DNA of 64,000 bases from Macrostomum hystrix (lineage: Eukaryota; Animalia; Platyhelminthes): assembly GCA_950097015.1 (NCBI GenBank), contig CATNEN010000005.1:4836001-4900000 (forward strand). The letters are read 5' to 3'. Each line of letters begins with the position of its first letter. The first letter of the stretch is position 1. A model generated the notes under the pieces. It searched no databases, was not told where the DNA came from, and saw nothing but the letters and a program-made list of their open reading frames with translations. This document shows, in pieces, positions 33,395 to 44,800 of the stretch. The translations under genes and the position numbers were made by a program.

Positions 33395-36300
33395 TTGAGA
33401 TCGGGATTAGAATCCCATTGGTAGCTTGAGATTAGGATTAGAATCCCATTGGTAGCTTGAGATCGGGATTAAAATCCCATTGGTAGCTTAAGATCGGGAT
33501 TAGAATCCCATTGGTAGCTTGAGATCGGGATTAGAATCCCATTGGTAACTTGAGATCGGGATTAGAATCCCATTGTTAGCTTGAGATTATGATTAGAATC
33601 CCATTGGTAGCTTGAGATCGGGATTAGAATCCCATTGGTAGCTTGAGATTGGGATTAGAATCCCATTGGTAGCTTGAGATTGGGATTAGAATCCCATTGG
33701 TAGCTTGAGATTGGGATTAGAATCCCTTTGGTAGCTTGAGATTGGGATTAGAATCCCATTGGTAGCTCGAGATTGGGATTAAAATCCCATTGGTAGCTTG
33801 AGATCGGGATTAAAATCCCATTGGTAGCTTAAGATCGGGATTAGAATCCCATTGGTAACTTGAGATCGGGATTAGAATCCCATTGTTAGCTTGAGATTAG
33901 GATTAGAATCCCATTGGTAGCTTGAGATCGGGATTAGAATCCCATTGGTAGCTTGAGATTGGGATTAGAATCCCATTGGTAGCTTGAGATTGGGATTAGA
34001 ATCCCATTGGTAGCTTGAGATTGGGATTAGAATCCCATTGATAGCTTGAGATCGGGATTAGAATCCCATTGGTAGCTTGAGATCGGGATTAGAATCCCAT
34101 TGGTAGCTTGAGATTGGGATTAGAATCCCATTGGTAGCTTGAGATTGGGATTAGAATCCCATTGGTAGCTCGAGATTGGGATTAAAATCCCATTGGTAGC
34201 TTGAGATCGGGATTAAAATCCCATTGGTAGCTTAAGATCGGGATTAGAATCCCATTGGTAGCTTGAGATCGGGATTAGAATCCCATTGGTAGCTTGAGAT
34301 TGGGATTAGAATCCCATTGGTAGCTTGAGATTGGGATTAGAATCCCATTGGTAGCTTGAGATTGGGATTAGAATCCCTTTGGTAGCTTGAGATTGGGATT
34401 AGAATCCCATTGGTAGCTCGAGATTGGGATTAAAATCCCATTGGTAGCTTGAGATCGGGATTAAAATCCCATTGGTAGCTTAAGATCGGGATTAGAATCC
34501 CATTGGTAGCTTGAGATCGGGATTAGAATCCCATTGGTAACTTGAGATCGGGATTAGAATCCCATTGGTAGCTTGAGATTAGGATTAGAATCCCATTGGT
34601 AGCTTGAGATCGGGATTAAAATCCCATTGGTAGCTTGAGATTGGGATTAGAATCCCTTTGGTAGCTTGAGATTGGGATTAGAATCCCATTGGTAGCTCGA
34701 GATTGGGATTAAAATCCCATTGGTAGCTTGAGATCGGGATTAAAATCCCATTGGTAGCTTAAGATCGGGATTAGAATCCCATTGGTAACTTGAGATCGGG
34801 ATTAGAATCCCATTGTTAGCTTGAGATTAGGATTAGAATCCCATTGGTAGCTTGAGATCGGGATTAGAATCCCATTGGTAGCTTGAGATTGGGATTAGAA
34901 TCCCATTGGTAGCTTGAGATTGGGATTAGAATCCCATTGGTAGCTTGAGATTGGGATTAGAATCCCATTGATAGCTTGAGATCGGGATTAGAATCCCATT
35001 GGTAGCTTGAGATCGGGATTAGAATCCCATTGGTAGCTTGAGATTGGGATTAGAATCCCATTGGTAGCTTGAGATTGGGATTAGAATCCCATTGGTAGCT
35101 CGAGATTGGGATTAAAATCCCATTGGTAGCTTGAGATCGGGATTAAAATCCCATTGGTAGCTTAAGATCGGGATTAGAATCCCATTGGTAGCTTGAGATC
35201 GGGATTAGAATCCCATTGGTAGCTTGAGATTGGGATTAGAATCCCATTGGTAGCTTGAGATTGGGATTAGAATCCCATTGGTAGCTTGAGATTGGGATTA
35301 GAATCCCTTTGGTAGCTTGAGATTGGGATTAGAATCCCATTGGTAGCTCGAGATTGGGATTAAAATCCCATTGGTAGCTTGAGATCGGGATTAAAATCCC
35401 ATTGGAAGCTTAAGATCGGGATTAGAATCCCATTGGTAGCTTGAGATCGGGATTAGAATCCCATTGGTAACTTGAGATCGGGATTAGAATCCCATTGTTA
35501 GCTTGAGATTAGGATTAGAATCCCATTGGTAGCTTGAGATCGGGATTAGAATCCCATTGGTAGCTTGAGATTGGGATTAGAATCCCATTGGTAGCTTGAG
35601 ATTGGGATTAGAATCCCATTGGTAGCTTGAGATTGGGATTAGAATCCCATTGATAGCTTGAGATCGGGATTAGAATCCCATTGGTAGCTTGAGATTGGGA
35701 TTAGAATCCCATTGATAGCTTGAGATCGGGATTAGAATCCCATTGGTAGCTTGAGATCGGGATTAGAATCCCATTGGTAGCTTGAGATTGGGATTAGAAT
35801 CCCATTGGTAGCTTGAGATTGGGATTAGAATCCCATTGGTAGCTCGAGATTGGGATTAAAATCCCATTGGTAGCTTGAGATCGGGATTAAAATCCCATTG
35901 GTAGCTTAAGATCGGGATTAGAATCCCATTGGTAGCTTGAGATCGGGATTAGAATCCCATTGGTAACTTGAGATCGGGATTAGAATCCCATTGTTAGCTT
36001 GAGATTAGGATTAGAATCCCATTGGTAGCTTGAGATCGGGATTAGAATCCCATTGGTAGCTTGAGATTGGGATTAGAATCCCATTGGTAGCTTGAGATTG
36101 GGATTAGAATCCCATTGGTAGCTTGAGATTGGGATTAGAATCCCTTTGGTAACTTGAGATCGGGATTAGAATCCCATTGTTAGCTTGAGATTAGGATTAG
36201 AATCCCATTGGTAGCTTGAGATCGGGATTAGAATCCCATTGGTAGCTTGAGATTGGGATTAGAATCCCATTGGTAGCTTGAGATTGGGATTAGAATCCCA

Positions 36301-36480
36301 TTGGTAGCTTGAGATTGGGATTAGAATCCCATTGATAGCTTGAGATCGGGATTAGAATCCCATTGGTAGCTTGAGATTGGGATTAGAATCCCATTGATAG
36401 CTTGAGATCGGGATTAGAATCCCATTGGTAGCTTGAGATCGGGATTATAATCCCATTGGTAGCTTGAGATCGGGATTAGA
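33395..36480. repeat. 31-bp satellite GGGATTAGAATCCCATTGGTAGCTTGAGAT[C/T] with higher-order structure
   Basis: About 100 copies. The CCCTTT variant sits at 33724, 34375, 34654 and 35305, spacings of 651, 279 and 651 bp = 21, 9 and 21 units. Confidence 0.96.
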
Positions 36481-37948
36481 ATCCCATTTTCAGTTGATAG
36501 AGATTGGGATCAGAATTATATTTTCAGTTGATAGAGATTGGGATCAGAATCCCATTTTCAGTTGATAGAGATTGGGATCAGAATCCTATTTTTAGTTGAT
36601 AGAGATTGGGATCAGAATTCTATTTTCAGTTGATAAAGATTGGGATCAGAATTCTATTTTCAGTTGATAAAGATTGGGATCAGAATCCCATTTTCAGTTG
36701 ATAAAGATTGGGATCAGAATTCTATTTTCAGTTGATAGAGATTGGGATCAAAATCCCATTTTCAGTTGATAGAGATTGGGATCAGAATCCCATTTTCAGT
36801 TGATAGAGATTGGGATTAGAATCCCATTTTCAGTTGATAGAGATTGGGATCAGAATCCTATTTTCAGTTGATAGAGATTGGGATCAGAATCCTATTTTCA
36901 GTTGATAGAGATTGGGATCAAAATCCCATTTTCAGTTGATAGAGATTGGGATCAGAATCCCATTTTCAGTTGATAGAGATTGGGATTAGAATCCCATTTT
37001 CAGTTGATAGAGATTGGGATCAGAATCACATTTTCAGTTGATAGAGATTGGGATCAAAATCCCATTTTCAGTTGATAGAGATTGGGATCAAAATCCCATT
37101 TTCAGTTGATAGAGATTGGGATCAGAATCCCATTTTCAGTTGATAGAGATTGGGATTAGAATCCCATTTTCAGTTGATAGAGATTGGGATCAGAATCTCA
37201 TTTTCAGTTGATAGAGATTGGGATCAGAATTCTATTTTCAGTTGATAGAGATTGGGATCAAAATCCCATTTTCAGTTGATAGAGATTGGGATCAGAATTC
37301 TATTTTCAGTTGATAGAGATTGGGATCAGAATCACATTTTCAGTTGATAGAGATTGGGATCAGAATCACATTTTCAGTTGATAGAGATTGGGATCAGAAT
37401 CCTATTTTCAGTTGATAGAGATTGGGATCAGAATTCTATTTTCAGTTGATAGAGATTGGGATCAAAATCCCATTTTCAGTTGATAGAGATTGGGATCAGA
37501 ATCTCATTTTCAGTTGATAGAGATTGGGATCAGAATCCTATTTTCAGTTGATAGAGATTGGGATCAGAATCCTATTTTCAGTTGATAGAGATTGGGATCA
37601 GAATCTCATTTTCAGTTGATAGAGATTGGGATCAAAATCCCATTTTCAGTTGATAGAGATTGGGATCAGAATCTCATTTTCAGTTGATAGAGATTGGGAT
37701 CAGAATCCTATTTTCAGTTGATAGAGATTGGGATCAGAATCCTATTTTCAGTTGATAGAGATTGGGATCAGAATCTCATTTTCAGTTGATAGAGATTGGG
37801 ATCAAAATCCCATTTTCAGTTGATAGAGATTGGGATCAGAATTCTATTTTCAGTTGATAGAGATTGGGATCAGAATCCTATTTTCAGTTGATAGAGATTG
37901 GGATCAGAATCCTATTTTCAGTTGATAGAGATTGGGATCAAAATCCCA
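36475..37948. repeat. 34-bp satellite GGGATCAGAATCCCATTTTCAGTTGATAGAGATT, contiguous with and related to the 31-mer
   Basis: About 43 copies; shares the GGGAT-AGAATCCCATT core. Confidence 0.95.
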
Positions 37949-38590
37949 AGTGCATACGATACTATCAAGGCCATTATTAAGTTGGAGCGCTGAGTCCTGA
38001 GAGGAGCCGAGCGAGTCAAAAATCCATCAGGATATCAATGAAGCTAGGCTATTGTGGGGTTTTAGAAAGTAAATTGTGGCTAAGCCTACTTAGTCATAAT
38101 TAGACCGAGCTATCAATCAATATCCTGGATACCAAGCGAAGTGAGTTGAATATATTTTACAGAAACAGTCACGGGGAGTCGCTGCACATTCAATGACCTA
38201 TACCCGCCAACCTACCGCGCTTAAACCAACAACAATTTTATCTGGAGACGGTTGAGGATAAATTGGAAACACTAATTTTCTGACCCAGCTGAGAGCCAGA
38301 GTCTATAGCTAGTTTAAAAAATTGTTTTTTTCGCTACTTAACGAACAAACCGCAGTTTAGCATATTTTTGCATCTGTTCAAATATTAAATAGAAAAGAAA
38401 GATTAAAAAATGTGACAAACACTTCCGAGTCTTAGATTTGGGTTATGGCGTAAAAAAACCAGAAACTTTGCTCGCTGCTCGCTTCAAAATTAAAAGGTAA
38501 ATGAAGGCAAACACCAACATGTAGTTGCTTGCTCATCTTCAGGGCTTTAACAACTAGCGGAGAGTCACACGCAGCCAAATATATTTAGAT

Positions 38591-39138
38591 CAGGGGTCGG
38601 CAAACTTATTGGCTAGCGGGCCAAAGAGAGAAACTTAAAGACCACAGCGGGCCGCAGACTTTAGAAATATGAGCCAGGGGAGAGATGAGACAGGGGAGAG
38701 ATGAGACACGGGAGAGATGAGACGGCGGGAGAGATGAGACAGGGGAGAGATGAGACAGGGGAGAGATGAGACACGGGAGAGATGAGACACGGGAGAGATG
38801 AGACAGGGGAGAGATGAGACGGCGGGAGAGATGAGACAGGGGAGAGATGAGACAGGGGAGAGATGAGACACGGGAGAGATGAGACACGGGAGAGATGAGA
38901 CAGGGGAGAGATGAGACAGGGGAGAGATGAGACAGGGGAGAGATGAGACAGGGGAGAGATGAGACACGGGAGAGATGAGACGGCGGGAGAGATGAGACAG
39001 GGGAGAGATAAGACAGGGGAGAGATGAGATAGGGGAGAGATGAGACAGGATACTGTAGGTGTTGGAAGGGGCAACGGGCCGGATTTGGGAGCTTCGAGGG
39101 CCACAACTGGCCCGCGGGCCGAAGTTTGCCGAGCCCTG
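38591..39138. mobile_element. Non-autonomous hAT (Charlie/MER58-like) MITE carrying a 16-bp minisatellite
   Basis: TIRs CAGGGGTCGGCAAACTT / AAGTTTGCCGAGCCCTG; perfect 8-bp TSD ATTTAGAT at 38583-38590 and 39139-39146; subterminal GCGGGCC motifs. Confidence 0.93.
38665..39050. repeat. 16-bp minisatellite GGGGAGAGATGAGACA inside the MITE
   Basis: The same unit occurs at 52835-53310 and, reverse-complemented, at 61100-61580. Confidence 0.92.
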
Positions 39139-39197
39139 ATTTAGATGAACAAAAATCAAAATGAGGAGAGAGTGACACGAGTAGAACGCAACGCACA

Positions 39198-39570
39198 CTA
39201 AAACACTTTGAGCTGGCGGCACGCACCTCCCATGGCAAGTTGAGTATTAAGGGATGGCTTCTGCATTTTGATGTACATAGCCTCTAAAATGCTGAGTTTG
39301 AAATCATTTTTGCAGGTATCGATCAATTTAAACCTTTCAGAGGGCTCCCTATTGCAGCAGCTGTTACACGTGAGAAGATGCTCGTGAATAGCAGAGTTTT
39401 TCATCCAATGCTCCCTCACTCTCGTGTACAGGTAACGTTTAGTTTTTCCTATGTAGGAAATGCTCTGATCCTCAGAGCAATGAAATTTATACACAACACC
39501 TGCTGCGAGAGGACGAGGGGCACGGGATTTCAGTCTGCTGACGAACCTGGAAATTTTACATCAAATCGCA
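39198..39570 (-). mobile_element. 5'-truncated Penelope-like retroelement fragment (GIY-YIG endonuclease C-terminus)
   Basis: Translation FVSRLKSRAPRPLAAGVVYKFHC...SYIGKTKRYLYTRVREH...SAIHEH...LSILEAMYIKMQKPSLNTQ matches the VVY..C..YIG.T.R.L..R..EH / LE..YI...PSLN pattern of Penelope endonucleases. Confidence 0.9.
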
Positions 39571-39589
39571 AGAATACTACTAATCTAAT

Positions 39590-40185
39590 CAGGGATTTGG
39601 GATTTATATTCATGAGAATGAATCTGGGATTTGGGATTTATATTCTTGGGCCTGAATAGGGGATTTGGTGTTTCTATTCTTGGGACTGAATCTGGGATTT
39701 GGGATTTATATTCTTGGGCCTGAATAGGGGATTTGGTATTTCTATTCTTGGGACTGAATTTGGGATTTGGGATTTATATTCATTAGAATGAATCTGGGAT
39801 TTGGGATTTATATTCTTGGTACTGAATATGGGATTTGGGATTTATATTCTTGGGCCTGAGTAAGTAGGGGATTTGGTATTTCTATTCTTGGGACTGAATT
39901 TGGGATTTGGGATTTATATTCTTGGGACTGAATTTGGGATTTGGGATTTATATTCTTGGGACTGAATTTGGGATTTGGGATTTATATTCTTGGAACTGAA
40001 TTTGGGATTTGGGATTTATATTCTTGGGACTGAATTTGGGATTTGGGATTTATATTCTTGGGCCTGAATAGGGGATTTGGTATTTCTATTCTTGGGACTG
40101 AATCTGGGATTTGGGATTTATATTCATGAGAATGAATCTGGGATTTGGGATTTATATTCTTGGGACTGAATCTAGGATTTAGGAT
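39590..40185. repeat. ~32-bp minisatellite GGGATTTGGGATTTATATTCTTGGGACTGAAT
   Basis: Tandem periodicity with alternating variants. Confidence 0.9.
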
Positions 40186-40819
40186 TTTAATTTATTGACC
40201 AAATTATACGTAATTAGATAATAATCGATTATAAAAAAATTAAAAAACAGAAAACAGGTATTAAAAAGTATCTAAACAATTTTCGGCGCAAATCGCGCTC
40301 CATTACGGCTTTATCATAGTATATATTTTTCCATAGTCAAAAAAAGAACAAAAAATGGCACACTCGATCACACTAGTCTACTATTAGTAAAGTCCTTTGA
40401 ATTTACTAGTATTACGTGCAAATGGGACATTCTGTCGCATACTAAAAAACTAATTACGCTTATTTAGCATAATTTAGCACAAAGAGCTGAATATAATCAT
40501 ATAATTATAATGAGAAGTAAATTTATAATAATCATTACGCCTATCACAGTTTGAGTACAAACTGCTCGAAAGCATTTTAAAAATTTTAAAGGACAAATTT
40601 TCTTATAAGATTGGACAGAACTAAATAGGCACTGGGATCTCCAACTGAATAAGTATGATTGTTCATATTCTTGCTTGAAACATTTACAAGAAACGAGTTT
40701 TCATTGAAAAAACACGAATACGTACCATTAAAGTCGAGAATGGGTTTATTATGAGTTTTAAACTTTGGTCCAGTTTTAATGCCCAGCAATATCTAATCAG
40801 CTCCGGAAGCTCTGTCTAC

Positions 40820-41015
40820 AGACATCCACCCAGGACAGACAGACAGACCTCATGGACAGACAGACAGGCAGACAGGCAGACAGACAGGCAGACAGGCAGA
40901 CAGACAGGCAGACAGACAGGCAGACAGACAGGCAGACAGACAGGCAGACAGACAGACACCCAGGACAGACAGACAGACACCCAGGACAGACAGACAGACA
41001 CACACCCAGGACAGA
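40820..41015. repeat. (GACA/GGCA)n / CACCCAGGACA compound repeat, continuing at 41600-41720
   Basis: Same family as 23529-24050; interrupted by a SINE. Confidence 0.88.
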
Positions 41016-41600
41016 CTTACTTACTTACTTTGCAGGGGGGCCTGGGGCACTTGACGCACAAACACAGGAACGGCATGCCCCCAGGCCGGCGAACTAGGCG
41101 AGAGCCGCCCATCGCGCCGCCTCCCCTGAGCAGGCACCTCACACACACAGCAGCAAGCCAAGCGGGGAAGGGGGCGGCAGCCGGAGTGCCTCTCACCCCA
41201 GGCCCGCACACGCACAGAGCAGACCAAGCCGGGGCGGAAGGCTGATAGAAATCAGTCCTCAGGGGGGGCGGGTGACGAGTGTACACTTTATCCAATCACG
41301 CTGACGGAAATCCAGATGAGCGCGCGGCGGTGTACACCCGCCCCCCAGCCACCCCCCGCAATGTCTAACGCCCCAGCGCCAACGCACAAACTCATACAAC
41401 GCAGAACAGGCACACAGAAAGGTAGGAGCGAAGCTATTTTTCAAGCTTTGATTGCACGAAATAAGGTGCACCTCCGCCGGTCGCTACTGTCCAAACCCCC
41501 CCCAACAAGTACCGAAATTAATCGTGACCTGAAGGGTGAATCGAACTAGCGTCCTTTGGAGTGCGAGGCAGCGACGTTAGCCGCTGACCCCCCTCGCCCC
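41016..41600 (-). mobile_element. GC-rich tRNA-derived SINE, family C, ~580 bp, with (AAGT)n tail
   Basis: Reverse complement begins GGGGGTCAGCGGCTAACGTCGCTGCCTCGCACTCCAAAGGACGCTAGTTCGATTCACCC (A- and B-box-like) and ends GGCCCCCTGCAAAGTAAGTAAGT. Both flanks read ACCCAGGACAGAC. Only one copy is in the window. Confidence 0.7.
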
Positions 41601-41658
41601 TCACCCAGGACAGACAGACAGACACCCAGGACAGACAGACAGACAGGCAGACACCCAG

Positions 41659-41698
<40 letters not shown>

Positions 41699-41808
41699 GT
41701 CAGACAGACATGCAGACACCCTGGACATACTGTTTATGAGCGGTGCGCAGCAATATTAGTCATATAGTCAACAAACAAATGAATTAGAAAGTTATAACAA
41801 ATCCAGGT

Positions 41809-44800
41809 TCAAGCGTAGTAGCTCTGGCTGACAACAGCATCGGACAGCAGTGACAGCTGATCGGGTGTGAATTTATCCCTGTCCCGCTCCCAGCCGTCCT
41901 GGTGGGTCCGTTTGAAATCGTTCACGGCTTTCCTGGCAGCAGCGCCGGCTTGACCGGACGCCGACATGGCCAGCTGGCACAGTCGGGCCACCAGCTCGGG
42001 CAAATGCTCCGGCACCGTGTAGGGATGCGCTGAGACTGCCGCGCTGAGACCAAGCACACCAGCGTGCCTGAACCATGGGGATAATTGTTGCAGGAGGTTG
42101 CGTATGGCGGTTGAGGGACGATGAAATGAGCAGCTGCGTGTATCGGATTGCACAATGGTAGCATGGGAAAATGGAGAGTTGGGATAATGTTGGGATGGGA
42201 TTATAGCAATATGGGATAATGGTGAGATGGGACTATATTGAGATGGGATACTGGTGGGATGGTGGGACGGGACTATAGTGCGATGGAATAATGGTGGAAT
42301 GGGACTATGTTGAGATGGGATACTGGTGGGATGGGATTATAGTGAGATGGGATAATGGTGGAATAGGATGGGATTATAGTGAGATGGGATAATGTTGAGA
42401 TGGGATTATAGTGAGATGGGATAATGGTGGGATTGGACTATAGTGAGATGGTATAATGTTGAGATGGGACTATAGTGAGATGGGATAATGGTGAGATGGG
42501 ATTATAGTGAGATGGGATAATGGTGGGATGGGACTATGGTGGAATGGGATAATGGTGGAATAGGATGGGATTATAGTGAGATGGGATAATGATGGTATGG
42601 GATGGTATATAAGGTAGATAGGGATACTAATGGAATAGGATATTTCCAGAACAGGATATTAATAGAACTAGCAGATTCTGATTGTGTGGGTTAGCATACA
42701 GAATAGGATATTCCTGGAATGGGAACTTGTAGCTAGATAAAAAAACTCGGCAATAAAAAATGCCGATAGAAATCACCTAGCTATAGGATCCTTTGACATA
42801 GTCAGTCGCCCCATCCGGTGCAGCAGCTCGTTGGTCCAGTCGCACAGACCGCAGGCCATCAGGCCGCTGAGCGCCTGACCGGCGCATTCGCGAACTTCAA
42901 CAGTGGCATCGGACAGGCGGTCCATTATGAGACTAAGGAGGCGCCTAGCATTGAGTTGGAATGCACTGTGATAGGCCAAGCCCTGCAGCAGGCATAGGGC
43001 AGCCCTGCGGCCCTGCCAACTGGTTGGATCCGAGACAGCCGACGAAAGAGCTTCGGCAACAATGTCCGAGTCGCGCGATAGAACCAGAGCGCCGGGAAGA
43101 TGCTGAAGACAGCTGCGCACCTGTTAGCGATTATTAGCACCATTGTAATAGGATGCGGTGACTGTTCGGCTTATCAGATAAGGGTGATTGGAGATATCAA
43201 TAATCTATATATCATTCCAATTTGGGAGAATTTGTGGATTTCAAACCTTGTACGAGCTATACTTGTACTTGTATCCATTCTGAGAATAGGGAGAATTAAA
43301 AAAACTCTATTATCTCATTTGCAGGACTAGAGGATTTCAAAACACACAATTATCCCGTTTAGAGAATTAAGGGGATTTCAGAACACACAATTATCCCGTT
43401 TAGAGAATTAAGGGGATTTCAGAACACACAATTATCCCGTTTAGAGAATTAAGGGGATTTCAGAACACACAATTATCCCGTTTAGAGAATTGGGGGATTT
43501 CTAAACACACTAGTATCCCGTTTAGAGAATTAAGGGGATTTCAAAACACACTATTATCCCATTTAAAGAATTAGGGGATTTCTAAAAACACGATTATCCC
43601 ATTTACAGAATTAAGGGGATTTTAAGACACACTATTATCCCACTTTAAGGATTATGGGATTTCTAAACACGATTATCTCACCTGGAGGATAAGGAATTTC
43701 AAAACACAAATTTATCCTATTTGGAGGATTTAGAGATTACAAAACAGAATTAAATATATAAAAAATAATATTTTAATCTGAGCAGTTCGAGAAATATCAA
43801 AATCCCCACCTTATCATCGTCAGTCTTGATCGATTGCACAGCCCTGCACAGTGGCGCGATAGAGCCGCAGATTAGCTTAGCCAGAGGCCTGCGCAGTACG
43901 GACACGTGACTGGCCAATGCCCAGACCAGAGTTTTAAACGCCGCACTATCAACTGGAGCGTCGGCCAGGGCGGCTAGGAAGGCATCGGCAGCGGAATCGC
44001 CCAGACAATCCAGACAGTGGCTGAGACCAGCTCGCCTGGTTGATCGCACCGATTCGGAGTCGGCGAACAGGTCGGACAGTTGACGCGAGCTGAGCAGATC
44101 ATTGAGCAGAGCTCGCATGCGATTCGGATAGCGCCATTTTCCGTATTGCAATAGCAGGCGGCGCACAGTGAACAGAAGGCAGTAACGAGAGGACGAAGTA
44201 GATCCGGCTGAGTCGGACGCACTGTTGTCAGCCTGGGCATTGAAATCGGCTAGTCGGGATTCGATTGCATCGGCTAGAGGCCACAGGAGAGAGCCGTCTA
44301 GACTGTTGCGTAGGAACCGGTGCACGTAGCTGGAGCGCCAGATGTCCCAGGTGTCACTTGAGGCTTGGCACTGGCGATGATGGGGACAGGTGAGAATTGG
44401 GATTATAGGATAGGATTATCATATTTATTATTATAAGAGATGGAATGCATGTGATTGAGGATTGAGGATCAGAATCCCATACTGATAGTCTAGGATTAAG
44501 GATCAGAATCCCATACTAATAGTCTGGGATTGAGGATCAGAATCCCATACTGATAGTCTAGGATTGAGGATCAAAATCCCACTTGATAGTTTGAGATTGG
44601 GATCAGAATCCCACTTGATTATAGGATAGGATTATCATATTTAGTATTATAAGAGATGGAATTCATGCATGTGATTGAGGATAGAGGATCAGAATCCCAT
44701 ACTGATAGTCTAGGATTGAGGATCAAAATCCCACTTGATAGTTTGAGATTGGGATCAGAATCCCACTTGATAGTTTGGGATTGGGATCAGAATCCCACTT

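Noticed and set aside
38530-38550. Hammerhead in the Penelope 3' region (CTGAAGA on the - strand)
   Set aside because: No stem II or downstream GAAA could be identified.
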